64,000 nt of DNA, taken from Candidatus Latescibacterota bacterium. GTDB taxonomy: Bacteria; Latescibacterota; UBA2968. The notes below the pieces were generated by a model. It saw only the letters and a list, made by a program, of their open reading frames with translations. It was not told the origin of the DNA and ran no database searches. The position numbers and the translations under genes are program-made. The DNA is taken from contig OZ242320.1 in NCBI GenBank assembly GCA_965208125.1, positions 2,560,001 through 2,624,000 of the forward strand, given 5' to 3'. Of this stretch, positions 1-9,729 are shown in pieces (within the stretch, counting starts at the first letter, position 1; each line of letters begins with the position of its first letter).

Positions 1-1040
1 TAATTCAAGATGGATGGCCACCGGGTCACACCGCGCAGATACTTGCCGCTCAATAGCAAATCTATATTTGAACTGATGGGACCAAAAAGAGAACCCTCCC
101 CTTCCCACTGATCCAGATCCGCGTAATTGCTCATAGTTTCCGGTGGCGTGGTGAATTCCTGGTATTTCTGCCAGTTGAACTCAGCGTCAGGCGTGATGCC
201 CTGTTCCTGCCAGTAATTATTCCACGAGGCACCCATGTCGTTGTTTTCGAAGTATTCTCTGGTGATCAATGTGTGTTCGATATTTTCTTCGCTGTAAATA
301 TTGCGTCCCCAGTGATACTTGCCGCGTGGGCGCATGCGTGTTTTTGCATTCCAGTGCCAGCGGTCTCGCGCTGATCGTGTTACGATATTGATGATCGCAT
401 CGTTGGCCTGGCCGTATTCCGCGTTGTATCCACCCGAGAGCACTTCCATTTCCTGGATGGCTGAGGTATTGGTCACGACAAAACTGGATTGGGTGAAATT
501 ATCCCGCATGTCAACGCCATCAACCATATAGGCTGCATTGACGCCAAAGCCTCCGCGTATGGATCCCCGGATGCCCACTCCCGATTGGATTTCTACGGCT
601 TCTTCGACCGAGTTGACCCAGCTCAATTCCAATTCCTCAGTGGTCATAGTCTGCTTGCTCCCCGTGAGATCGAGTTCTACGGGGGGGCGTTCGGCCATGA
701 CCAGTATCTCAGCTGCTTCAAGGGTTTCTTCACTCAATGTAAAATTGAGCTTTGTGGTCTGGTCAATTTTTACACGGACGTCGGTCTGTGTGACCTTTGT
801 ATATCCCACCATTGACGCCTGTACTTCCAGCAGGCCAGGGGGGACATTGAGGATAAAATAATTGCCATCGGCGTCTGTTGTTGCGCCCAGACGAGTGCCA
901 AGCACGACGACGTTTGCGCCGGGCAATACTTCTCCCGATTTGGCGTCTTTTATTACGCCGGCAACCTTCCCCGTGGTACCTGCAAAGGCTTGAGATACCA
1001 GGCAAAGGGAAATGATAAACAGCAAACACATTCGCTTCAT
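1..1040 (-). CDS. TonB-dependent receptor, N-terminal part (runs off the window's left edge)
   Basis: Manual translation from ATG at 1040 (GGAG upstream): signal peptide MKRMCLLFIISLCLVSQAFA, then GTTGKVAGVIKDAKSGEVLPGANVVV (carboxypeptidase-regulatory-like domain) and plug motifs YMVDG and SGGYNAEYG. Not in the ORF track because it has no stop in the window. Confidence 0.85.
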   Translation of the reverse strand, partial: MKRMCLLFIISLCLVSQAFAGTTGKVAGVIKDAKSGEVLPGANVVVLGTRLGATTDADGNYFILNVPPGLLEVQASMVGYTKVTQTDVRVKIDQTTKLNFTLSEETLEAAEILVMAERPPVELDLTGSKQTMTTEELELSWVNSVEEAVEIQSGVGIRGSIRGGFGVNAAYMVDGVDMRDNFTQSSFVVTNTSAIQEMEVLSGGYNAEYGQANDAIINIVTRSARDRWHWNAKTRMRPRGKYHWGRNIYSEENIEHTLITREYFENNDMGASWNNYWQEQGITPDAEFNWQKYQEFTTPPETMSNYADLDQWEGEGSLFGPISSNIDLLLSGKYLRGVTRWPSILN

Positions 1041-1144
1041 GTGTCAACTCCTTTGTTTGTGGTTTTGACGAGGATAGATTCCCCGCCTGACGACTTGGTT
1101 TTCTTCAAAATCTATCAACTCTCATTCCCTGAAGGCCTCCTTTC

Positions 1145-1948
1145 TCAGTGTAAATTATCCGTTCTCAATATCCAGTCCAACGGGGTCCAGTCCGTTTGGG
1201 GTGGTCCCGTTTTTGGAACGTATTGATATTCGGGGTCTGCCCTCAGCCATCCGTGAAACCCAACGCGGACATGGTCGCCCCGGTTGGCGGAAGCGGCGTG
1301 TACCATCAGATAATGGCATATCGCCACGTCGCCCGCCCGTGCGACGATGGGGATTGGATCGTTGAGCGGGATGTCCGGCGCGCCTGTGCTGCCGGTTGTG
1401 CGCCATTTTTCTCCGAGGTCGATGTTGTTGGTATAAGCCCACGAAAATACCTGTCGTGGACTGCCCGGCCATACGGTGAATGCGCCGTCGTGTGCATCCG
1501 TGTCTGTAAGATAGGCCATGACGAGGAGGAGAAAGTGGGTGGGATATACGGTGAGGCCATTGCCCTGGCGCGTGCCGTCGATATGCGCGCCGCCCGGTTC
1601 AAATTGTTTGGGTCCCGGCTGCGGAAATCGCAATATGGGGCTTAATCCCGGCTCACTGGTGACAGCCGGTCCGGCGAGTTCACGCACGATAGCTTTCAGT
1701 TTGGGCGAGATACACATGGTCCGATCAATCGCAATGCCTTCCTGAGTTACATGCATGCCATTTTTGTCTTTGGGCCATGTTTTTGACTCATCTGGTACAA
1801 TGCCGGTTTTGTTTTTTAGTTCTTTTAGTCCCGTGCGCACGCGGTCCGGATCGACGAGACCCGGGACGATGACAAATCCGTCATTCACAAATTGCGCGAC
1901 CTGCGCCTGTGTGAGGTGCGCTGTGCCTTCTGGCTGGGAAATAGACAT
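1145..1948 (-). CDS. Phytanoyl-CoA dioxygenase (PhyH) family protein
   Basis: LTQAQVAQFVNDGFVIV, HID (HxD), VWPGSP, distal His. Likely start MSISQ at 1948; the longer track ORF overlaps the SDR. Confidence 0.85.
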   Translation of the reverse strand: MSISQPEGTAHLTQAQVAQFVNDGFVIVPGLVDPDRVRTGLKELKNKTGIVPDESKTWPKDKNGMHVTQEGIAIDRTMCISPKLKAIVRELAGPAVTSEPGLSPILRFPQPGPKQFEPGGAHIDGTRQGNGLTVYPTHFLLLVMAYLTDTDAHDGAFTVWPGSPRQVFSWAYTNNIDLGEKWRTTGSTGAPDIPLNDPIPIVARAGDVAICHYLMVHAASANRGDHVRVGFHGWLRADPEYQYVPKTGPPQTDWTPLDWILRTDNLH

Positions 1949-1977
1949 GGAAATATCCCGAGGTTTTGAGGTTGGTA

Positions 1978-2697
1978 TTACAATCCCGCGGGCAAGAGAA
2001 TGAGTTCGGGTATCCGCGCACGCGAGGGCGTGGTCGCCACGTACAGGCATGCATCGGCTACGTCTTCTGGCTTTAGTGCTTTGGCCATGATTTCTGGGGG
2101 TGTGGGTACGGGGCGCTTTAAGACGATGGGCGTGTCGCACAATCCGGGGAAGATTACTGTGGTGCGAATGCCGTTTTCCTGTTCTTCCTGGAATGTCCCG
2201 TGCGCCAGGCCAGACATGCCGTGTTTGGATGCTTGATAAGATACGCCGGAGACATCGGGCGATTGTACGCATCCGGAAGATAGATAGATGATCAGGCCCG
2301 ATTGCTGTTTTCGCATGGTGGGCAATACCGCTTTTGTGCAGTTGAATGCGCCGGTCAGATTTGTGCCGATCATCATTTCCCACGTTTCATAGGTCAATAC
2401 TTCGAGGCTGCGGTCCGGGATGTTCGTTCCCGTGGCGTACACGAGGATATCGATTTGCCCGAATTTGTCCAGTGTTGTCTGGATTAAGTGGTTTACCTGT
2501 TCGATATCCCGCGCGTCTGTGGGACAGGCGATTGCGCGGTTTCCTATTTCTGCTGCAAGATTGTCTAATTTGTCTTTGCTTCGCGCTGCCAGTACCACGC
2601 TGGCGCCTGCCTGAGCATAAGATCGCGCGGTCGCTTTTCCCATTCCCGAACTGCTTCCTACAATTATAGCGACTTTGTTCTCCAGCGCGTGATGCAT
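1978..2697 (-). CDS. Short-chain dehydrogenase/reductase
   Basis: VGSSSGMG cofactor motif, YQASK catalytic YxxxK. Confidence 0.9.
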   Translation of the reverse strand: MHHALENKVAIIVGSSSGMGKATARSYAQAGASVVLAARSKDKLDNLAAEIGNRAIACPTDARDIEQVNHLIQTTLDKFGQIDILVYATGTNIPDRSLEVLTYETWEMMIGTNLTGAFNCTKAVLPTMRKQQSGLIIYLSSGCVQSPDVSGVSYQASKHGMSGLAHGTFQEEQENGIRTTVIFPGLCDTPIVLKRPVPTPPEIMAKALKPEDVADACLYVATTPSRARIPELILLPAGL

Positions 2698-2866
2698 GGG
2701 CTTCTCCTTCGGATTGGACTCATTCAGATACAGTTATATAAAGTAATAAGGTTTATAAATGCGCGCAAGTGTGAGTGAAGTGGCAGTTGCATGCACATGC
2801 CCAGAACCGTATCTTTTACCGATAGTGGGAGATTATATAGATACTGAAAAACCGAAAGGATAAGAA

Positions 2867-4219
2867 ATGAGCGATTTGTTGATCGAAAAATATATGGCAA
2901 AAACGCCAAGGTCACGCGCTTTGTACCAGCGGGCGCGCGAGACTTTTCCCAGTGGGGTGACGCACGATACGCGCTATTTGATGCCCTATCCGCTTTCTGT
3001 TGCTCGGGCACAGGGTGGGCGCAAGTGGGATGTGGATGGGTGTGAATATGTCGATTATTTTGGGGGGCACGGTGCGCTAATTTTGGGGCATAATCATCCA
3101 GAGGTGACCGAGGCTGTGCGGGAGCAGTTGAGCAGGGGGACGCATTACGGCGCGTCGCACGAGCTGGAGTTGGAATGGGCAGAGCAGATTATTCGGATGG
3201 TGCCGTGTGCGGATAAGGTGCGTTTTACGTCGTCGGGGACAGAGGCGAGTCTTTTGGGGTTGCGCGTTGCGCGCGCTTTTCAGAATAAGCCTAAGATTCT
3301 GCGTTTTACGACGAATTTTCACGGGTGGCACGATCAGGTGGCTTTTGGTGCTTCGACGAGTTTTGACGGTACGCCTCCGAGCGGTATTACGGAGGATCAT
3401 ATCGAGAATGCCGTGTTGTGCGAGCCGAATAATATCGATCAGGTTACACAGGCACTTGAGAGTCGAGATGATATTGCCGCGGTTATTCTGGAGCCGACGG
3501 GTGCGAGTTTTGGGCGGGTTCCCACGCAGGGCGAGTTTTTGCGCCAGCTTCGCGCTGTGACCCGAGAACACGGAGTGTTGCTCATTTTTGACGAGGTGAT
3601 TACGGGTTTTCGCGTGGCGCCCGGCGGTGCTCAGGAATATTACGGTGTGACGCCGGATCTGGCACTTTTTGCGAAAATTGTTGCGGGTGGTTTTCCCGGT
3701 GGCGCGATTGCGGGGCGTGCGGATTTGCTCGATGTGATGACGTATCGCGACGATGCTTCGTGGAATGCCAGATACCGGGTGGCACACCAGGGTACGTTTA
3801 ATTCGAATCCGGTTTCAGCGCGGGCGGGGTTGACGACGCTTAAAATTGTTGCGGAAGATGAGATTACCGACCGGGCCAATCAAAATGGCGAGGTGTTGAG
3901 AAACGCGCTCAATGATGTTATTCAGAGACGCGGGGTGAACTGGCTTGTGTATGGCGAGTTTTCGGGGTTTCAATTTTTGCCGTTGTCCGAGGATCAGACG
4001 TACACCTGTTCGGATATTTACGATGGTACAGTGCCTCATTCGGTTCTGAAGGGCGGGATTTCGATGAAGCAGATTCACTATCTTCGCTGCGGTTTGATTG
4101 CAGAGGGGGTCGATGTGATGCCCTGGCCCGGTGGTGTGATTTCTGCTGTTCACAGCGATGCGGATATCGATCAGACGGCTCAGGCGTTTGATCGGGTGCT
4201 TAAGGCGTTTAAGGGCTGA
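2867..4219 (+). CDS. Class III PLP aminotransferase (glutamate-1-semialdehyde aminomutase-like)
   Basis: WDVDG-EYVD, SSGTEA, FDEVITGFR, PLP lysine in FAKIVAGG, GTFNSNP. Confidence 0.85.
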   Translation: MSDLLIEKYMAKTPRSRALYQRARETFPSGVTHDTRYLMPYPLSVARAQGGRKWDVDGCEYVDYFGGHGALILGHNHPEVTEAVREQLSRGTHYGASHELELEWAEQIIRMVPCADKVRFTSSGTEASLLGLRVARAFQNKPKILRFTTNFHGWHDQVAFGASTSFDGTPPSGITEDHIENAVLCEPNNIDQVTQALESRDDIAAVILEPTGASFGRVPTQGEFLRQLRAVTREHGVLLIFDEVITGFRVAPGGAQEYYGVTPDLALFAKIVAGGFPGGAIAGRADLLDVMTYRDDASWNARYRVAHQGTFNSNPVSARAGLTTLKIVAEDEITDRANQNGEVLRNALNDVIQRRGVNWLVYGEFSGFQFLPLSEDQTYTCSDIYDGTVPHSVLKGGISMKQIHYLRCGLIAEGVDVMPWPGGVISAVHSDADIDQTAQAFDRVLKAFKG

Positions 4220-4221
4220 TT

Positions 4222-4788
4222 TTATGCCTTAATGCGTACATTCCGAAAGTCAATGGGACTGCGGTGGTTTTGAAGGCCGATGTATCCGGTTTTTAAGCGG
4301 TCTTTGAGGTCCGGGTGTTTGCCTGTGTCACAGGATATGACTTCGCGCCCATTGATGATGACGTTTACCATTGTTCCCTGGCAGGATACTTCCATGGAGT
4401 TCCACTCTCCCGCCGGGTGAGACGGATCAACTGAGGGGGCGACCGCGTCGTAGATGGCACCGTTTGATTTATTGTTGAGCGGGTCGTGCGGTACGTCGTA
4501 AATTTGTATTTCCATTCCCTGATAGGCGGGGCGTCCTTCTTCGCTTGTCCGCAGGAATATTCCGCTGTTTCCTCCCGCGCTGTTTCGATAGTCCAGGCGC
4601 AGTACAAAATCTGTGTACATGGCTTTGGGGCGAATCCATCCTCTGCCTTCGCCATTGCATACCATCAATCCGTTCTGGACTTCCCAACCTTCTTCCGGTC
4701 CGATAATTTTCCAGTCGTTCAGGTCTTTGCCGTTGAATAAGGGCGCGAATCCTTCGGCTTGTTCTTCTGGGGATAAGTGTGTTGCCAT
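4222..4788 (-). CDS. DUF1080 / 3-keto-disaccharide hydrolase family protein
   Basis: LFNGKDL-W, GNSGIF, EIQI, GEWN, GYIGLQNH, FRNVRIK. Confidence 0.9.
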   Translation of the reverse strand: MATHLSPEEQAEGFAPLFNGKDLNDWKIIGPEEGWEVQNGLMVCNGEGRGWIRPKAMYTDFVLRLDYRNSAGGNSGIFLRTSEEGRPAYQGMEIQIYDVPHDPLNNKSNGAIYDAVAPSVDPSHPAGEWNSMEVSCQGTMVNVIINGREVISCDTGKHPDLKDRLKTGYIGLQNHRSPIDFRNVRIKA

Positions 4789-4871
4789 TGGAGTTCCTCC
4801 GTAAATAATGATTGGTTCGTAACCTTTGGTGCGGGTTATCCATATAGTAAGGGCCTATATAGAGTTATAAT

Positions 4872-4925
4872 CGTCATTGCGGCATGCTTAAAGCCGCCAC
4901 GCGCAAGCACAACGTCAGTAATCCA
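4872..4925 (+). repeat. CGTC-type REP-like palindromic element, long form, copy 1
   Basis: CGTCATTGCGGCATG..AGCCGCCACGCGCAAGCACAACG(T/C)CAGTAATCCA, near-identical to 15459-15512. Confidence 0.8.
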
Positions 4926-4932
4926 CACGCCT

Positions 4933-6120
4933 CTACTCTGAATCAGTTTCTCGCCATTTGATGAGTGCGTGGGCAACGGTTTCTACCATTTCTTTTATGT
5001 CGGCGTTGTGCGCATCAATGCTGTCGGGGATGGCTTGTAAAAAGGTGCGGATTGTGCCGGCTTGTTCGCAGATGTATTTGTCGCCATAGACGTTGTGTTC
5101 GGGTTGTCGGGGGTCGATGAGTACTTTTCGATTTTTTAATGGTTCAATGTGGTAGTTTTCGAAGATGGCTTGTTCGAGGATTTCCGCTTTTGCCCGAAGC
5201 CGGTGCGGCATAGATGCTTTGTCGTGCATGCCAATGCTTCGTGTAAAATCCGATCGCGTAAAGTGGGCGTGGACTTCTATGGATGCATCTGGTTTTTTTT
5301 CGAGGAGATACTGCCACAGTGCCGCGGTTTCTCTGGGCGCGCTTTTGCCTTCTACGAGGTGGTTGATTCCGAATTTTGGGACTTCGCCCAGGGCATTGGT
5401 TACGCTGCGTCCTTCGCAAACGCCGTCGGGATTTGTGATGGGCATGAGGCAGAATTGTACGTGGTCTAATAATCGCTGTGTGCGTGCGGTTGGGATGGTC
5501 AAGCTGTGGGCTATGTGCAAGATGCCCCAGGATACGGGTTCGCACGATTGCATTGTGGCATCGACGAGTAGTGTCAGGTCGCGCGGTTCGGTTTCCAATA
5601 CGCAAATCGGTCGTCCCTGGGCAGAGTGGCCGATTTCCCGGTAGGTCCAGATGTCGTATTGTTGGGATAGTTGCCGCGCTTTTTCGCAGACGACGGATGG
5701 GTCTTCATAAGGGGCAGATGCGATGCGGATGGTTTCTTGGGGTTGCAGGAGAACGGATATGTCGATGTGTTCTGTTGGGTGAAAGTCCGTGTTTTCAGAT
5801 GGTACCCACGCCCATCCCGTGTTTTCTCGCCAGATCCACCAGGGTGGATACATGTAGTTCGCGCCTTTTTTGCTGAGTAGGAATCGCAATGTTGCCCGTT
5901 TTGCGCGGTTGCCGAGGTGACGCACGCGCACATGGGCCATGTATTCTTTGGGTACGCCTGCACCGTCGAATAGTTCGTCCAACAGGTCCTGGAACCATTG
6001 CGGGATTTCTTCTGGTTTGTATCCGATTTCGCTTATGCCGGATTCTATTATTCGCATTTTTCCGGCACTGCTGCACGGAAAGTTGTCGTCGATGATGATG
6101 TCGTTGTTTTGGAGTTTCAC
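4933..6120 (-). CDS. M14 zinc carboxypeptidase-like protein (atypical metal motif)
   Basis: IGHSAQGRPI, MPITNPDG, SIEVH; the HxxE position reads QSCE; GTG start abuts the upstream stop. Confidence 0.6.
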   Translation of the reverse strand: MKLQNNDIIIDDNFPCSSAGKMRIIESGISEIGYKPEEIPQWFQDLLDELFDGAGVPKEYMAHVRVRHLGNRAKRATLRFLLSKKGANYMYPPWWIWRENTGWAWVPSENTDFHPTEHIDISVLLQPQETIRIASAPYEDPSVVCEKARQLSQQYDIWTYREIGHSAQGRPICVLETEPRDLTLLVDATMQSCEPVSWGILHIAHSLTIPTARTQRLLDHVQFCLMPITNPDGVCEGRSVTNALGEVPKFGINHLVEGKSAPRETAALWQYLLEKKPDASIEVHAHFTRSDFTRSIGMHDKASMPHRLRAKAEILEQAIFENYHIEPLKNRKVLIDPRQPEHNVYGDKYICEQAGTIRTFLQAIPDSIDAHNADIKEMVETVAHALIKWRETDSE

Positions 6121-7107
6121 TCAACATACCATCCCGCGTTTGGCGCGAATCCCATGGGCGGGCGGGTCGTCGCCAATCCAGCGTTCGTCAACGGGGTCCG
6201 ATGCGAGTTGATATCGCGTGTCGGATGATATGCGGTACTCTTTGGAGTGGTTGTCGGAGCTTGAGTGGAGTGTGTACATCGAAAATATCAGCAGGTCTCC
6301 CATTTCGTATTCCGATACCAGCCAGCGTCCGCCCAGTTCTTTGCGGGTGGGTATGGCATTAGAGGAATACGATCCGCTCGAGTTCCACTTTATAGAAGCC
6401 CGCTCTTGATTGGTCAAGTTCCGCCCTTCGGCGCGTGCGCGTTCTACTATTTCCTGGGCATCGTCTTTGTTTTCGCAGTATAGATCGACGTCTGTTGATC
6501 CATAGCCCGCTTTTAGGTCGTGCAGTTTGTGTGAGTTTTCGAGCAGCATCAATCCGCCCATGTAGGAGGGTACATCGCCATAGGGTATCCAGGCGGTGTA
6601 GAGGTTTTTTGTTCCGCGGCCCATATAGACGATGTCGCAGTGTGGATTGGTGGCGGTGTGCAGTCCGGGCTGTTTGGCTCGAAACCAGGTGTAGTCAAAG
6701 TAGCGCGCGGGTCCGTCTAAAAAGAAGTCAAAAAACGACATGATCGGGCCTTCGTGGATTACTTTGTCCAGGGGGGGATTGTTGCGCGCGAGCAGGGGCA
6801 TGAACGATCCCGTTGCGCGTCCGTCAATTTTCTTTTTTGAGGCTGCAATGCCGTCGATTGCCGGATAGCGTTCGTCTAATACACCCGCGCCCATGAGCCG
6901 ATCCATGACTTCCTGGCGAGCGGCTAATACTTCGTCTTTGTTCAGGTAATTTTTGAGAAATAAGTAGCCATTCTCTGTCATTCGGCGGTGGAGTTCGTCG
7001 CGATCATCTATCGCGTCATTGGATTTGCGTAAGCTGCCAAAGTCGTCCGACGAGTGGCCCAGGGGTTCGCCCTGATACGTGAGTTTTAATGCTTTTTTTA
7101 ATTCCAT
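6121..7107 (-). CDS. PhyH family dioxygenase
   Basis: ENGYLFL, PHCD, AWIPYGD, GDLLIF..TLH, SSDTRYQ. Confidence 0.9.
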   Translation of the reverse strand: MELKKALKLTYQGEPLGHSSDDFGSLRKSNDAIDDRDELHRRMTENGYLFLKNYLNKDEVLAARQEVMDRLMGAGVLDERYPAIDGIAASKKKIDGRATGSFMPLLARNNPPLDKVIHEGPIMSFFDFFLDGPARYFDYTWFRAKQPGLHTATNPHCDIVYMGRGTKNLYTAWIPYGDVPSYMGGLMLLENSHKLHDLKAGYGSTDVDLYCENKDDAQEIVERARAEGRNLTNQERASIKWNSSGSYSSNAIPTRKELGGRWLVSEYEMGDLLIFSMYTLHSSSDNHSKEYRISSDTRYQLASDPVDERWIGDDPPAHGIRAKRGMVC

Positions 7108-7289
7108 AAATGCCTCCAGGATGTTTTGTTGTTTGTGTAATATAAGAAAATAATTTCGATAAACAACGCTGTGCGTTGGGGGTGATGGAAAATAGTTTCT
7201 CTTTTTTGGTTGTGATATATTATTTTGTCTCGGGGAGAGGCCGGGGGAGGGATCAGAGTTCGTTTTTAGACAGTTTTTAAGGAGTTTTT

Positions 7290-8036
7290 ATGTTTCTCGC
7301 CAATATGACTTCTCCCGATGTCGATGCTTTGTCGCGGGATCTGGTGGTTATTATTCCCGTGGCGTCGCTCGAACAACACAGTCTGCATTTGCCCGTTTTT
7401 ACCGATACGATGATTCTTCAGGAGGTGGTCAATCGCGTTGAGAAGCGGTTGTCCCGGGATGTGCTTATTCTGCCGGTTATGTGGCTGGGGTATTCGCAGC
7501 ATCATATGAAGTATCCCGGTACGGTTTCTGCGTCGTCCGAGACGCATCTGGCGATTATGGGCGATATGATCGCTTGTATGGTTGAACACGGTTTTACGCG
7601 ATTTCTTTTGATCAATAGCCACGGGGGCAATGAACCCAATATTTCGGTTTTGCGGCAGCGCGTTATGGAGAGGTTTGAAGATGTGGATCTTTACACGACG
7701 ACGCCGTATGCCGGGCCAGCAGATAAAAAGATCAATGAGGTTTTGACTCTGGGTGCAACGGGATCCGGACATGCGGGCGAGTGTGAGACTTCTATGATTA
7801 TGGCGATTGATCCCGGTCTGGTAAAGACACATGCGTTATACAGGGATGGTCAGCGTCGCATGGAGAGTATTCCGGGGTTGCGTCTGTACAAGCGGTTTGA
7901 TCAGAATACCGCGCACGGGGGGGCGGGAGATCCGCGTCCTGCTACGGCAGAGATGGGCGAGCAGATTTTTCAGATTGCCGAAGATTTTCTGGTTGAAGCT
8001 ATACAGGAGATTTATGGGGATGGAAGAGGTCAGTAG
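7290..8036 (+). CDS. Creatininase family amidohydrolase
   Basis: EQHSLHLP..TD, SQHH, NSHGGN, GHAGECETS. Confidence 0.9.
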   Translation: MFLANMTSPDVDALSRDLVVIIPVASLEQHSLHLPVFTDTMILQEVVNRVEKRLSRDVLILPVMWLGYSQHHMKYPGTVSASSETHLAIMGDMIACMVEHGFTRFLLINSHGGNEPNISVLRQRVMERFEDVDLYTTTPYAGPADKKINEVLTLGATGSGHAGECETSMIMAIDPGLVKTHALYRDGQRRMESIPGLRLYKRFDQNTAHGGAGDPRPATAEMGEQIFQIAEDFLVEAIQEIYGDGRGQ

Positions 8037-8061
8037 GGCCGGGTTTCAAACCCGGCCCTAC
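8033..8061. repeat. GTAG-type REP palindrome
   Basis: GTAGGGCCGGGTTTCAAACCCGGCCCTAC, perfect 14-bp inverted repeat overlapping the stop codon. Confidence 0.75.
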
Positions 8062-8073
8062 AAAGTCGAAAAT

Positions 8074-8103
8074 AAAAAGCCCGCACAGTTCTGTGCGGGC
8101 TTT
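8074..8103. terminator. Bidirectional intrinsic terminator
   Basis: AAAGCCCGCACAG-TT-CTGTGCGGGCTTT between convergent genes. Confidence 0.75.
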
Positions 8104-8119
8104 GTCGTTTGTATTGCGC

Positions 8120-8602
8120 CTAAAATGGCAGATCGTCGTCTGCAGCATAAGGAGGTGGCTCTGGAGAGGCCGCGTCGTCCGATGTAGAATCTGATGGCTG
8201 TGATCTTGACTGCCCTCCGCCCTGAGGCGTGCCACCGCCATAGCTACCGTCCATACCGTCCATTTCGCCGCGGGTATCGAGCATTTGCATGTCGCGGGCA
8301 ACCACTTCGGTGGTATAACGCTTTAGCCCATCTTGCCCTTCCCAACTGCGCGTTTGCAACTTGCCTTCGATATAGACTTTGCTGCCTTTGCGCAAATACT
8401 GGTTGCAGATTTCGGCCAAACGGCCCCACACTACAATGCGGTGCCATTCGGTGCGTTCTTGTCTTTCACCACTGCTGTCGGTCCAGCTTTCGTTGGTGGC
8501 GATGCTGAAGTTCGATACGGCTGTGCCTCCTGGCGTGTATCGAAGTTCGGGATCGGCACCTGCATTGCCGATCAAGATGACTTTGTTGACTCCTCGTGCC
8601 AT
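8120..8602 (-). CDS. ssb: Single-stranded DNA-binding protein
   Basis: [26 protein letters not shown], acidic C-terminus DDDLPF. Confidence 0.97.
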   Translation of the reverse strand: MARGVNKVILIGNAGADPELRYTPGGTAVSNFSIATNESWTDSSGERQERTEWHRIVVWGRLAEICNQYLRKGSKVYIEGKLQTRSWEGQDGLKRYTTEVVARDMQMLDTRGEMDGMDGSYGGGTPQGGGQSRSQPSDSTSDDAASPEPPPYAADDDLPF

Positions 8603-8771
8603 ACGTGGCCTCCTTAGGATTGAGTGTGCGTTTCAGGGATCATGGCACGACCCTGTAAGAACTTGGTACGAATATACTTTTGCATGTGGGATTTGTCAAG
8701 GTGACATTGGTTAAAATAATGGCGAGGGGTGTTGCGATGCCCTATATTGGATACAATTTAAAGGAGGTGCT

Positions 8772-9719
8772 ATGAAATATCGCACACTGGGACGTACGGG
8801 TTTGAAGGTTTCGATTATGGGTATTGGTGGTGGCGGACCTACGCAAATGGGACAAAATACGGGTGTCGATCAGGCGGGCGTGAATCGATTGGTGCAGCGC
8901 GCGCTGGATCTCGGTATCAATTTTTTCGATACGGCTGCTGCGTATGGCGAGAGTGAGACGATTATCGGAAATGCACTTAAGGGCGTGCCACGCGATGATT
9001 ATATTCTGGCGACGAAATTTCACGCCCATCGTCACAGAAGTGATGAGTTTGTGGGTCCAGAGGAAGTCGTCGATACTATTGAGCGCAGTTTGAAGCGTTT
9101 GCAGGTGGATTATGTCGATGTGATGCAGTGGCACGGTGTTCGTCCGCATCAGTATTCTGAGGCTATTGAGGGGCTGTGGCCCACGGTGGAGAGGTTGAAA
9201 GATCAGGGGAAGTTCGGGTTTATGGGGGTGAGTGAGACGTATGCCGAAGACCACAAGCACGAGATGTTTTCTATGGCGCTATCGGATGATTTGTTCGATA
9301 CGGCTATGGTGGGGTATAATTTGTTGAGTCCAACGCCCGAGCACGAGATTTTGCCAAAGTGTCAGGAACTCAATGTGGGTGTGATTTGCATGGTTGCGGT
9401 TCGGCGAGCACTGGCTCGGCCCGATGTACTCAAAGAGCGCATTGCTTATGCAAAGGATAAGGGGTTGATTGCGCGAGATGCGCTGGACGATGAGGATCCG
9501 TTGGGATGGCTGGTCCAGGGCGATGTTACGTCGTTGCCCGCGGCGGGTTATAAGTATGTGAACGCGCATCCCGCGATGGGTGTGGTGCTGTCGGGGACCG
9601 CGAATATCAATCATCTGGAGGAGAATGTGAAGGCGATTCTCGGTCCTCCTTTGCCAGATGAAGATATGGCGCGGTTGCGTTCTATTTTTGGCGATGTGTG
9701 GGAGCCGTTGGGGAATTAA
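8772..9719 (+). CDS. Aldo/keto reductase
   Basis: YRTLGRTGLKVS, GINFFDTAAAYG, ATK, SLKRLQVDYVD; RBS AAGGAGG. Confidence 0.92.
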   Translation: MKYRTLGRTGLKVSIMGIGGGGPTQMGQNTGVDQAGVNRLVQRALDLGINFFDTAAAYGESETIIGNALKGVPRDDYILATKFHAHRHRSDEFVGPEEVVDTIERSLKRLQVDYVDVMQWHGVRPHQYSEAIEGLWPTVERLKDQGKFGFMGVSETYAEDHKHEMFSMALSDDLFDTAMVGYNLLSPTPEHEILPKCQELNVGVICMVAVRRALARPDVLKERIAYAKDKGLIARDALDDEDPLGWLVQGDVTSLPAAGYKYVNAHPAMGVVLSGTANINHLEENVKAILGPPLPDEDMARLRSIFGDVWEPLGN

Positions 9720-9729
9720 AGGAGGTTTT

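Noticed and set aside
1949-2383. Long N-terminal extensions in the ORF track (also 45156-45353 and 55209-55337)
   Set aside because: They overlap upstream genes in another frame; better starts lie downstream
2867-4219. hemL gene symbol
   Set aside because: Family motifs only; divergent, with no tetrapyrrole context
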